From Candidatus Latescibacterota bacterium (GTDB lineage: Bacteria; Latescibacterota; UBA2968; GCA-2709665): a stretch of DNA of 64,000 bases. Under the pieces are notes generated by a model. It was not told where the DNA came from. It saw only the letters and a program-made list of their open reading frames with translations, and ran no database searches. Location: the NCBI GenBank assembly GCA_965237675.1, contig OZ250150.1:3456001-3520000 (forward strand), read 5' to 3'. This document shows positions 52,269 through 61,723 of this stretch, in pieces. The number at the start of each line of letters is the position of its first letter. Position 1 is the stretch's first letter. The translations under genes and the position numbers were made by a program.

Positions 52269-52717
52269 GTTTTTTCTTTATTTTTTCGGAAGATAGAGAA
52301 ATTGTTACCCGATTGTAACATGGGATCGATCCCGATTTCAAGCACTTTGGAAGAATCTGAAATAGCAGGTCGCCCCGGTGCCACGCATGGACGTGCACTC
52401 GTGGACATATGAACTGCCCTGTTGTCCGTGCCGTACCGCGGGTGGGTTTTCCGGAGATAAACTACGGTCAGGTTCCGGATGAGGTTCAGACGCCCTATCG
52501 ACGATTCGCTTGTCTCATGTGATCCGATCGGAGTCTCAAGAGGTTCTTGTAGAGTAAGTTGTACGTTGAAGTTGTGGGATCGGGGATGAGGGTGTCCTTT
52601 GGGCAGTGCCCTGATGAGAACAAGGTCCGTCGTGGATTTCGGGCGGTTAATCGGGCTTGCCTTTTGAGGATGGGTTGCATAGGTTGGATGGGACAGCAGG
52701 TGACCAGGAGAGCCATC

Positions 52718-53791
52718 ATGCCGAAATCTTCGGCGGAATACAGCGCCGCGTTGGTGCAGAGTTTGAACGAAGGCGTAATCGCGTTCGATCACCATCGGTT
52801 TGCCGTGTTGGCAAACGGGGCATCGATTCGCCTCCTGGGACTGGCGGGGCGCAAGGTGATCGGACGTACGGCCGACGATCTGTTTGCCGGACTCCCGGAA
52901 CTGCTGAAAATCCTGGAGGCGGGGTTTGTAGGGAAGCTGTATTTGGAACCAACCGATCTGATGTTGCAGGAAGAAGAGGGAGGGATGCGTCGATTGGGGG
53001 CCACCACGTCGTATCTGAGAGCGGAATCAAGACAGGGCGTGGTTCTTTTGGTACAGGACGTTTCGGCTCTGAAGCGTATGGAATGGGAGATGTACCAGGT
53101 GGCCAAAATGAGCGCACTGGGGCGTCTGGCCGCGTCGGTTGCGCACGAGGTCCGGAACCCTCTGGGTGCGGTGGATATCCAGTTGCAACTTCTGGAAGAC
53201 GACCTGACGGACGTCGAAGCGGGATTGCGTGGCCGGGTTTATCGCAGGCTTAATATCGCGCATATGGAAATGAAGCGGCTTGACGGGATTGTGCACAATT
53301 TTTTAAGGTTCTCCAGGACACCTAGGCTGGACCTGCAAAGAATAAGCCTGAACGACGTCGTTCAACATGTCTTTGACCTGGTCTCCCCGGAAGCCCGGGA
53401 TCGGAGCATTCGCCTGATGCTGGATCTCTCTGATGGTCTTCCTGCAGTGGATGGAGATGAAAGCCAATTGGGCCAGGCCGTCTTGAATATGACGGTTAAC
53501 GCGTTCCAGGCCATGGAATCCGGCGGAGAACTGTCTGCACAGACACGGTCGGATTCCGACGGACGCCAGGTTTGCCTGGCGATTTCGGATACCGGCTCTG
53601 GGATCCCAGACGAGGAAATCGATCGAATATTCGAGTTCTATTATACAACCCGTGATGACGGAACCGGTCTCGGACTTTCCATCGCACAGCAGATCATCTA
53701 TCAGCACCGGGGCCACATCGAGGTGGAGAGCAAAACGGGTAAGGGTACCGTGTTCAGGATTCATATGCCGGTTACCGAGCCTTCCGATTAG
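52718..53791 (+). CDS. Cytoplasmic PAS-domain sensor histidine kinase (NtrB/AtoS-like)
   Basis: AGGAG RBS; PAS domain (SLNEGVIAFD..AN), H-box AHEVRNPL, N/G1/F/G2 boxes; no TM segment. Confidence 0.93.
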   Translation: MPKSSAEYSAALVQSLNEGVIAFDHHRFAVLANGASIRLLGLAGRKVIGRTADDLFAGLPELLKILEAGFVGKLYLEPTDLMLQEEEGGMRRLGATTSYLRAESRQGVVLLVQDVSALKRMEWEMYQVAKMSALGRLAASVAHEVRNPLGAVDIQLQLLEDDLTDVEAGLRGRVYRRLNIAHMEMKRLDGIVHNFLRFSRTPRLDLQRISLNDVVQHVFDLVSPEARDRSIRLMLDLSDGLPAVDGDESQLGQAVLNMTVNAFQAMESGGELSAQTRSDSDGRQVCLAISDTGSGIPDEEIDRIFEFYYTTRDDGTGLGLSIAQQIIYQHRGHIEVESKTGKGTVFRIHMPVTEPSD

Positions 53792-53956
53792 CGCCCCGGT
53801 CCCCTTGAACCGGTCCCGTTTTCGCTGAAATGCCCGGACTTCGTCATCGTGAACGCGTGCGAATCGATTCAATGCACGCGAGGCGATCCGGCATCGGGAC
53901 CAGGATTGTTCCGGCGCTTGCGAACGTATAATGACGCGTGCGTGGACGGAGTGACA

Positions 53957-55318
53957 ATGAAAACAAGAGAGATACGGATTTTTGTGGCCGACGACGAGTA
54001 CCATATATGTGAAGGACTCAAAGAGTCGCTGAAGAAGGCAGGATACTCGGTTGATGTCGCCTATGACGGCGTCGAGGCGGCTGAAAATCTGGACGCAAGG
54101 GTCTATCACGCGGCCATTCTGGATTTAAAGATGCCGGGAATCGATGGAATTGCCCTGTTGAAGCAGTTAAAGAAAACCAGCCCGGATACGGGCGTCATCA
54201 TCATTACAGCCTTTGGTGACATCTCGACCGCGGTTGATACCATGCGCATGGGCGCGTATGATTATCTGGCGAAACCCGTGGATCTGAAACGGTTGCATCT
54301 GTCCTTGCAACACCTCCTGGAGCATCAGGCTCTGGTTGCGGAGAACAAGGAACTCAGGGCCTGGCTGAGTTCGACGGAGGCGTTTGGTCAGATCATTCAC
54401 CGGAGCCCCGCCATGCGGCAGGTCTGCGACACGCTGGCGCATGCCGCAATGACCGATGTGCCGGTTCTGGTCATGGGCGATACCGGCACCGGTAAGGAGC
54501 TTGTCGCCCGGGCAATCCACCAGCGAAGTAACCGGCGCGACGGTCCCCTGGTGGCGGTGAATTGCGGAGCCATCCCGGAAACGTTGTTCGAACGCGAGTG
54601 GTTCGGCCACATCAAGGGTGCGTTTACCGGCGCCCACGCCGACAAACCGGGCCGGTTCGCCGCAGCGGAGGCCGGTACTTTGTTTCTGGATGAAGTGGGC
54701 GAGATTCCGTTGCTCAACCAGGTGGACCTCCTGCGCGTTCTCGAGGAGAAGGTGTACACGCCTGTTGGCAGCACCTTGCCGAGAAGAGCCGATGTACGCA
54801 TCATTTTTGCCACCAATAGAAACCTGGAGTTAGAGGTCAGAGAGGGTCGATTCCGGCAAGATCTGTATTATCGGATCAATGTCGTACCGATTCGGCTTCC
54901 CTTATTGAAGGATCGGAAGGAGGATATTCCCCTGCTGGTGGAGACCTTTCTGGACGAGCTCTGCACGCTGCATCACAAGTCCAGGAAGCAGCTTTCCCCC
55001 GATGCGATGCGGTTGATTCTGGATCATGCGTGGCCGGGTAACGTTCGAGAGCTGAAAAACACCGTGGAACGAATCGTGGTGACGTGTCCGGAGACCGAGA
55101 TCCGCCCGGAACGCCTCCCTTCCGGCGTCCGTGCATCCGTCCCGGTTCCCCAGGAACTTGTGGTTCCACTGAATTCCTCCATAGAGGAAATGGAACGCCT
55201 TTTGATCGAGAAAACGCTCGCACACGTAACGTCCAACCGGAAGGCAGCCGCCCGTCTGCTGGGTATCAGCGTGCGAGCGCTGCATTACAAGATCAAGAAA
55301 TACAGCCTGGGCCCCTGA
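53957..55318 (+). CDS. Sigma54-dependent response regulator (NtrC/AtoC family)
   Basis: Receiver (ADDE, ILDLKMPG), GDTGTGKE, GAFTGA, LFLDEV, WPGNVREL, Fis-type HTH. Confidence 0.96.
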   Translation: MKTREIRIFVADDEYHICEGLKESLKKAGYSVDVAYDGVEAAENLDARVYHAAILDLKMPGIDGIALLKQLKKTSPDTGVIIITAFGDISTAVDTMRMGAYDYLAKPVDLKRLHLSLQHLLEHQALVAENKELRAWLSSTEAFGQIIHRSPAMRQVCDTLAHAAMTDVPVLVMGDTGTGKELVARAIHQRSNRRDGPLVAVNCGAIPETLFEREWFGHIKGAFTGAHADKPGRFAAAEAGTLFLDEVGEIPLLNQVDLLRVLEEKVYTPVGSTLPRRADVRIIFATNRNLELEVREGRFRQDLYYRINVVPIRLPLLKDRKEDIPLLVETFLDELCTLHHKSRKQLSPDAMRLILDHAWPGNVRELKNTVERIVVTCPETEIRPERLPSGVRASVPVPQELVVPLNSSIEEMERLLIEKTLAHVTSNRKAAARLLGISVRALHYKIKKYSLGP

Positions 55319-55370
55319 GTACAGGTAGACGGTGTCAGGGGCGCATGAAGTCGCGCCATCGCGACCACGC

Positions 55371-55416
55371 TGCAATTTTTGCGCGCCGGGCGGAATTTTC
55401 AGGTGCAAATTTTGCG
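55371..55416. promoter_or_regulatory. Tandem putative enhancer (bEBP-binding) sites
   Basis: TGCA-ATTTT-TGCG at 55371 and TGCA-AATTT-TGCG at 55404, 33 bp apart; third copy TGCA-AAATT-TGCA at 55656. Confidence 0.65.
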
Positions 55417-55514
55417 CCATCGGGAATAGTTTAGGACAGAACATGCGCCCGGGCATTGGAGTTTTCGGGCACATGTTCATTTATAACAAATACTTATGTG
55501 ATAATCCGAGAAAG

Positions 55515-55531
55515 TTGGCATTAAAGTTGCT
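55515..55531 (+). promoter_or_regulatory. Sigma54 (-24/-12) promoter
   Basis: TTGGCATTAAAGTTGCT with GG-N10-GC spacing; IHF-like TAACAA-ATAC-TTA at 55484-55496. Confidence 0.8.
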
Positions 55532-55770
55532 AATATTTAGAGTGACAATACCACGAGACTCGCTAAAATCGCTGAAATTGGTTAAAAACAGTTGTTCTAC
55601 AGCGAGTTTCAATTGCTCGTTACCGAGTTGGCAATCGGAGTGAATACGACGGTTCTGCAAAATTTGCATTTCCAAAAGTACCGAATCCCGATTCAACACG
55701 CATTTTCCGGCGTGAGACATAAATCGTAGGCCCGGATCGGACTGATGTCCAAAATATCGGCGCTATAGCC

Positions 55771-56319
55771 ATGGCGATCTCAGAGTATTACAACGGCAGT
55801 GAACGGGAAGTGGACTTGAGCGGTGTGGTTGGTTTCCACCCGGCGACGATGGTCGAATGCCTGCAACCGCGGGATCGGATGGGCGCAATCAAGGCGCTTG
55901 TGAACCGGTTACACGGCGCGGGTTATGTGACCGACAGTTTGCGCTTTTTGCAATCGGTCCTGGACCGGGAAGACCTGGAAAGTACCGTTGTTGGAAACGG
56001 GATCGCGTTTCCGCATGCCCGCTGTCGGTCTGCCGCCCACCTGGGTATGGCGCTGGGCATATCACCGCGTGGGGTGGATTTTCACTCCGAACTCCATCCG
56101 GAACCGGTTCGCCTGATTTGCCTGGTGGCGGTACCGGGGGAGGGGGATATCCGATATCTGCCCCTTCTCGGCTATTTGTGCAGGCTGTTCCATGAAGATT
56201 TTACGGCAACTTTTCTCAAGTCCCGAACGCCAGCGGAGATGAATCGCCTGCTGTTGCGTCAGATGAGCTCGCACGGGGCTCTGCGGGAGGCGTGCAGAGC
56301 GTACGTCTCCGCACCGTAG
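55771..56319 (+). CDS. PTS EIIA (fructose/Ntr-type) domain protein
   Basis: VLDREDLESTVVGNGIAFPHAR with the phospho-His, GVDF, PVRLICLV. Confidence 0.88.
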   Translation: MAISEYYNGSEREVDLSGVVGFHPATMVECLQPRDRMGAIKALVNRLHGAGYVTDSLRFLQSVLDREDLESTVVGNGIAFPHARCRSAAHLGMALGISPRGVDFHSELHPEPVRLICLVAVPGEGDIRYLPLLGYLCRLFHEDFTATFLKSRTPAEMNRLLLRQMSSHGALREACRAYVSAP

Positions 56320-56358
56320 AGGTGTGGACGACACCTACATTTCCGGGAGGTTGTACAC

Positions 56359-57210
56359 GTGGCTGGAATACTGATTCAAGATAGCGAGTCTCTGGATCTC
56401 TATCTGAGGGATATCGCTTCTTCAGAGCCCCTTACGGCGAAGACCGAGATAGAACTGGCGGACCGGATCCGGAAGGGAGATCAGCGGGCCAGGGACAGGC
56501 TGGTCGGGTCGAATCTCCGTTTTGTCGTCAGCGTCGCCAGGGAATACCAGAATCATGGCGTGCCGTTGGCCGATCTTATCAGTGCGGGGAACATGGGTCT
56601 GATGACGGCCGCCGAACGATTTGACGGGACGCGGGGATTCAAGTTCATTTCCTACGCGGTCTGGTGGATCCGCCAGGCCATCCATCAAAGCCTCGCGCAG
56701 GATTCGCGTGTGGTGCGGTTGCCCATCAACCGGATCGATCTGTTGCACAATATCGCAAAGGTGTCGCGGGAACTTCGACAATCGGCGGAGGCCGATCCCG
56801 ATCCTGAGACGATTGCAGATAAGCTCGGTGTTTCGGTTGAGATGGTGCAGGATACCCTCCTCCGGGCGCGCGACGTATGGTCTCTCGATGCATCGTTCAA
56901 GGACGACGACGACCACAGCCTGCTGCATATCCTGCCGGATAGCTCCCAAAAGGCGCCGGACCTGGAAGTGGTCGACGAGTCGGTGAAGGATCAGGTCAAG
57001 ATGGTTCTGGATTCGCTCGACGCGCGCGAAGCGGAAGTGTTACGGCTTTATTTCGGGTTAGGCGACGAGGAAGCGATGACCTTGGAGGAAATCGGCACCC
57101 GATTCAGCCTCACTCGGGAACGGGTGCGGCAGATTAAGGAGAAGGCCCTCCGAAGACTTCGCCATCCGCGCCGACGGCTGCAGCTAGAGCCGCTTATGGA
57201 GTCGGCATAA
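56359..57210 (+). CDS. RNA polymerase sigma70-family factor (short RpoD/SigA-like, no region 1.1)
   Basis: GGGAGG RBS + GTG; SLDLYLRDI, NLRFVVSVA, KFISYAVWWIRQAI, TRERVRQIKEKAL. Confidence 0.95.
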   Translation: MAGILIQDSESLDLYLRDIASSEPLTAKTEIELADRIRKGDQRARDRLVGSNLRFVVSVAREYQNHGVPLADLISAGNMGLMTAAERFDGTRGFKFISYAVWWIRQAIHQSLAQDSRVVRLPINRIDLLHNIAKVSRELRQSAEADPDPETIADKLGVSVEMVQDTLLRARDVWSLDASFKDDDDHSLLHILPDSSQKAPDLEVVDESVKDQVKMVLDSLDAREAEVLRLYFGLGDEEAMTLEEIGTRFSLTRERVRQIKEKALRRLRHPRRRLQLEPLMESA

Positions 57211-57476
57211 GGCCGCACCGCCCCGTTGCCGAGCACACCGGTGCCCGATCCCGGCCGCAGGCCCACGACGACCCGGGCGCTGGTTCTCGCGGGGCGGGAC
57301 GGGTAACTGGTTTCCGCCGTCTCTTTGCCGCGCCTGGTGTCCAGCCCGCCGGCCGATTCCGGAAACGACGTCGGAAATCCCGGCAAAATGCGAGTTGCAA
57401 TCTCCTTTGATGTGAAAATTGTTCGATTATCGTTGAAAAGAGAGTGGTCTTTTTGTGTCGCATGGCAACGCCGCAC

Positions 57477-57506
57477 TTGACAAGTTCCCACAATCGGCCC
57501 TATATT
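57477..57506 (+). promoter_or_regulatory. Putative sigma70 promoter of HU
   Basis: TTGACA-18-TATATT. Confidence 0.6.
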
Positions 57507-57538
57507 CTGGGCATATTCCAGAAAGGGGGTGAATTGCC

Positions 57539-57814
57539 ATGTCGAACAGGACCGATTTAGTCGATGCGATTGCGAATCAGGCCGGTCTGTCTAAAAAGAA
57601 CGCGGAAAATGCGCTGCGTGTCGTTCTGAACGAAATCGAGGATTCGCTCAAAAACGGTGAGCGTGTCGCCATTTCCGGTTTCGGGACGTTTTCAGTTGGA
57701 ACCAGAGCCGCACGGACCGGTCGAAATCCTCAGACGGGTGAGACTATTCAGATTTCCGCGGGTAAGACCGTACGATTCAGAGCCGGAAAGGCGCTTAAAG
57801 ACGCTGTCAATTAA
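57539..57814 (+). CDS. hup: HU family DNA-binding protein
   Basis: NRTDLVDAIA, GFGTF, ARTGRNPQTGE, FRAGKALKDAVN. Confidence 0.96.
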   Translation: MSNRTDLVDAIANQAGLSKKNAENALRVVLNEIEDSLKNGERVAISGFGTFSVGTRAARTGRNPQTGETIQISAGKTVRFRAGKALKDAVN

Positions 57815-57839
57815 CAAATAGAGTCAATTCTGCCCATGG

Positions 57840-57873
57840 AGCCTCGAGAGCACCCCACGATCGAGGCTTTTTT
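57840..57873 (+). terminator. Intrinsic terminator after HU
   Basis: AGCCTCGA..TCGAGGCT followed by a T-tract. Confidence 0.65.
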
Positions 57874-57874
57874 T

Positions 57875-57903
57875 CTTGACAGGGCGGGTTTCTGGGAATA
57901 TAC
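57875..57903 (+). promoter_or_regulatory. Near-consensus sigma70 promoter of the lipoprotein gene
   Basis: TTGACA-17-TATACT. Confidence 0.7.
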
Positions 57904-57977
57904 TGTTCCGCGTGCAACAGGGTGAGGCGTTCAATGACATCAGACCGTGCGCCTCGATGGTGTTTTTGGAGATAGGG

Positions 57978-58496
57978 ATGATTCGCCGACTGATGATCGT
58001 TCTTATGATGGTGAGCGCATGGTTTGCGCTGGGCTGTAGCGACCGTCTGGCACAGATGCAGCAGCAACTTGCGGGCACGTGGGAACTGGAGTCCCGACTG
58101 CTGCCCGATGGAACGGTGCTTCGAAAACCCGAGGTATCGGGCGTATTCTCCTGGCAGCCCATCGATTCGCGGAAAGCCCACGTCACACTGAACATGCGGG
58201 TCGAGGCGGGTGGCGAAAAACCCAGGACATTTGAATTTGCCGCAAGCAAGTACGAGATCTCGACCTCCGCGATTACGCGTTCCCGATATCTGCTGATCCG
58301 ACAGGGTTATCGTTCCTCGTCCGACTCGCCTATCACGATATATCATAAAGCCAAGGTCGAAAAGGGTAAGATCACGCTGGAAGAAGGTCTGATTCGCATC
58401 ACGCACGAGCGTGGTTATAGTGAGGAATTCCGGGGCGATCAGATGGTCGGGGCGTTTCCCGATGTGTTTGTGGATACCTGGAAGCGGGTACGGTAG
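57978..58496 (+). CDS. Lipoprotein, lipocalin-like beta-barrel
   Basis: Signal peptide with lipobox ALGC; LAGTWELES start and TWKRV end typical of lipocalin-like domains. Confidence 0.75.
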   Translation: MIRRLMIVLMMVSAWFALGCSDRLAQMQQQLAGTWELESRLLPDGTVLRKPEVSGVFSWQPIDSRKAHVTLNMRVEAGGEKPRTFEFAASKYEISTSAITRSRYLLIRQGYRSSSDSPITIYHKAKVEKGKITLEEGLIRITHERGYSEEFRGDQMVGAFPDVFVDTWKRVR

Positions 58497-59141
58497 CGTG
58501 CCCGTATTCAGGATCGACAACGCCCGGCGGCGGTGTTTCGCGCCTTCGAAGTGTTCAAAAAAAAACCGTTGTACGGTTTCCGAACCCGGCGCGGCGGGAT
58601 CTTGTCGCCGGTCAAACACGGGATATTATGAATTCCTACAAGGGATATTGGACCCCTGATGAATGAACGACATCCGCATCGTAGCCGAACCGGACAAAGG
58701 AGAGGCCGGGTATTTCCCCGAGCCTCTTTCTCTTTTGCGCAATCTCACGGAACGTGAGACCGGCGTCGCTGCCGCCGGCGACACGGCGGGTCGTCCGGTC
58801 GACGCTCTCATTCCACTTCGACCCCTTCCGGACCTGGTCGACTGGAATCGATGGTGGAAGACCGGCTTCTCGCGGTTGTCGGGTCGTTGCCAAATCCGCA
58901 CGTGGCGTTCAATCGAGGACGCTGGGTCCAACGTTTGTGTTTTGCGCTTGCAGCAGGTATTTTAGGTGCATCCAGGGAATGTGGAACCTGGCTGAACCAC
59001 GTACACCGGGCTGTCACGCCTTGAGGATCCGGTCGAAAAGACAACGGAATCTGTCGTGTTCACGCCGCATGAGGGACACTCGCCGTCTCCGACCGGACAA
59101 CTGGTACAGCCGGCTTTGCCGAAGCCGTAAGGAGAGTTTAA

Positions 59142-60563
59142 ATGGCGCGTCTTTTTGAGCCATTGAAGGATTTCGAAGTCAGAAAAATGCCGGAGCTGAA
59201 ACGGTCTTTCTGGAAACTGGCCGGACCGGGCGCTATTCTGGTGGGGCTTTCCATCGGCGCGGGTGAGATCGTTATCTGGCCGCGTATCGTGGCGGAATAC
59301 GGATCGAGCATGGTGTGGGCGGCCTGTCTCGGCATTTTTCTCCAACTCTGGATCAACTTTGAAGTGGGTCGTTGGACAGTTGCCACGGGTGAAACGGTGT
59401 ATACGGGATACAGCCGCGTGTGGCGCGGATTTGCTCCTGTATTTATTCTGCTGACGGTATTCAGCTGGATCGCACCGGGGTGGGGCCGCGCTTCGGGGTT
59501 GGCCTTGAAGGCGCTACTGGTGGGGCCACATGGAGGGGGTTCGGACACGTTCTGGACGGTAATCACCTTTGCTGGCGTGGCATTGATTCTGTTCGGACCA
59601 AAGCTGATCTACCAATCCGTCGAGCGGAGCATTGAGTTCCTCGTGGTGGTGGTTACGATTGGCCTGATTGTGGTCGCGTACGCGGTTGGATCTGCGGAGA
59701 CCTGGGCATCGCTCGGGAGAGGCGTCGTCAATGTTGGCTACATCGATCCGGGGATGAGCGTGAAGGCTATGTTCATCGCCCTCGTCTTTGCGGGGGCCGG
59801 AGGTACCGCCAATCTCTTCTATACGTTCTACTTGCGCGATAAGCATATTGGGATGGGAGCACATTTTCCCAAAATGCGGAACCCTCTTCGAGGGCGGACC
59901 GAGGCGATGCCCTCCACCGGATTTCAGTTCGAGGAGACGGAAGAGAATATCGGTCATTTCAGACGCTGGTTGGACTACGTGAAGAAAGATCAGATGCTGT
60001 TTTTCTGGGCCCTTAATTCCGTAACCATTTTGCTCTTTATTTTTGGTGCGCTTGCGGTGTTGCATCCGAATGGAATCGTACCGGCCAGTGGTACGCTGAT
60101 CTGGGACGAAGCCGAGGTCCTGGCGACGGTTTGGGGAGAGCCGGGGAGGTACGTGTTTCTGATTGTGGGGCTGGCCACCCTGTTCAGCACTCAGCTTGCT
60201 CTGGTCGATGGGGTGTCACGATCGATCGCGGACATGGTGTACACCAATTTCAGAGGGGCGCGGAAGCGGGATTTAAGCTGGTGGTACCTGGTGGTGGCCG
60301 CAACCTGGATTGTTGCCGGTTGCGTGATTACGTACGTGATGGAAGCCCGCGGGGTGAGTGAATTGGGATTTTTGTTCAACGCTGCCTATATCGGCGGATT
60401 TGCAATGGCGCTTTATACGCCGCTAACGCTCTACATCAACCATCGTCATCTGCCCAGGGCTGCCCGGCCCGGGCGGGTGTGTACCGTGATGATGGGGATT
60501 GCATCGCTCGTATATATCGTATTTGCCGTGGCGTGTCTGATTTGGGAGTTCAGGCGGGTATAG
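59142..60563 (+). CDS. Nramp-like/APC-superfamily membrane transporter
   Basis: AAGGAG RBS; GPGAILVGLSIGAGE, GRWTVATGET, about 11 TM segments, ATLFSTQL. Confidence 0.8.
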   Translation: MARLFEPLKDFEVRKMPELKRSFWKLAGPGAILVGLSIGAGEIVIWPRIVAEYGSSMVWAACLGIFLQLWINFEVGRWTVATGETVYTGYSRVWRGFAPVFILLTVFSWIAPGWGRASGLALKALLVGPHGGGSDTFWTVITFAGVALILFGPKLIYQSVERSIEFLVVVVTIGLIVVAYAVGSAETWASLGRGVVNVGYIDPGMSVKAMFIALVFAGAGGTANLFYTFYLRDKHIGMGAHFPKMRNPLRGRTEAMPSTGFQFEETEENIGHFRRWLDYVKKDQMLFFWALNSVTILLFIFGALAVLHPNGIVPASGTLIWDEAEVLATVWGEPGRYVFLIVGLATLFSTQLALVDGVSRSIADMVYTNFRGARKRDLSWWYLVVAATWIVAGCVITYVMEARGVSELGFLFNAAYIGGFAMALYTPLTLYINHRHLPRAARPGRVCTVMMGIASLVYIVFAVACLIWEFRRV

Positions 60564-61640
60564 ATGAGATCCGAGGAGGATGCCTCGAGTATGTCCCTGG
60601 ACGGTGCGATTTTCCGCGTGGCGCTGACCGCCGATTTTTTCGAATCCGACGGGTCGTGCAAATTCAAGGATATGGGCCTGTCGGTATTTGACGACCAAAC
60701 CCATATTCGAGCGTCGATATTCGATGTACATCGTCCGGAGATCGGTGCTGACCAGGTAAAGGACGTGCAGGGTGTGGTTGTACTCACGCCGGCCGTGACC
60801 GCGGAGACTGTGGCGGCATCGGAAAATCTGCTGGCCATCGGCCGGTTCGGTGTGGGGTACGACTCGGTCGATGTGGGCGCCTGTACGGAAGCGGATGTGG
60901 TCGTGCTCATCACGGCAGGTGCGGTAGACCGGTCGGTGGCAGAGGCAACCGTGGGTTGGATGATTGCCCTGACCCATCACACGCGGGTCAAGGATCGCCT
61001 GGTGCGTGCGGGCCGGTGGGATGAAAGAACCCGATATATGGGACGTGAGTTGAGAGACCGTACGTTTGGAGCTGTGGGGCTCGGTGGAATCGCGAGGGAG
61101 ACAGTACGGTTGCTCGGTACGTTCCGGATGAATTCACCCATGGCATTCGACCCATACATCGACCTGCGCGAGGCTCGAAACCTGGGGGTGTCCCTTGTAT
61201 CGCTAGACGAGTTGTTGGCGGTTTCCGATTTTGTATCCATTCACTGCCCGTTGACAGACGAGACGAAGGGACTGATCGGCCCGCGGGAACTGTCGGCGAT
61301 GAAGCGCGACGCCTATCTGATCAATACGTCGCGGGGCGGGATCGTGGATGAGGATGCATTGTACGTGGCCCTGGAAGCCGGCGAGATTGCCGGTGCGGCG
61401 CTGGACTGCTTTGCGGTGGAACCGGTTGTGGAACCGCACCGTTTTGCAAGATTCGACAACGTCCTGCTCGCACCGCATTCGGTGGCCTGGACGGATGAGT
61501 TATTCCGTGATATCGGAAGGGCGGTCTGCAAGGGTATGGTGGACCTGTCACTGGGGATTCGCCCCCGGGGTGTGGTGGATCCAGTTGTATTCGACCGCAG
61601 CGGCTTTCAGGAAAAATGGGCACGGCTGCGAAGAAGCTGA
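60564..61640 (+). CDS. D-isomer-specific 2-hydroxyacid dehydrogenase
   Basis: GRFGVGYD, GLGGIA, SIHCPL, INTSRGGIVDE, EP, APH. Start may be ATG 60591 (after GAGGAGG). Confidence 0.92.
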   Translation: MRSEEDASSMSLDGAIFRVALTADFFESDGSCKFKDMGLSVFDDQTHIRASIFDVHRPEIGADQVKDVQGVVVLTPAVTAETVAASENLLAIGRFGVGYDSVDVGACTEADVVVLITAGAVDRSVAEATVGWMIALTHHTRVKDRLVRAGRWDERTRYMGRELRDRTFGAVGLGGIARETVRLLGTFRMNSPMAFDPYIDLREARNLGVSLVSLDELLAVSDFVSIHCPLTDETKGLIGPRELSAMKRDAYLINTSRGGIVDEDALYVALEAGEIAGAALDCFAVEPVVEPHRFARFDNVLLAPHSVAWTDELFRDIGRAVCKGMVDLSLGIRPRGVVDPVVFDRSGFQEKWARLRRS

Positions 61641-61723
61641 AAGATCAGCGCGTTAAAGCCTGACAACAGCACGAAAACGGTCCATCGAAGCCTGGCGGAC
61701 ATTTTACAGATAGGGGAAGCGGC

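Noticed and set aside
58663-58965. 100-aa ORF MNDIRIVAEP...
   Set aside because: No RBS or recognisable motif, and several competing overlapping frames, so there is too little support to call it.
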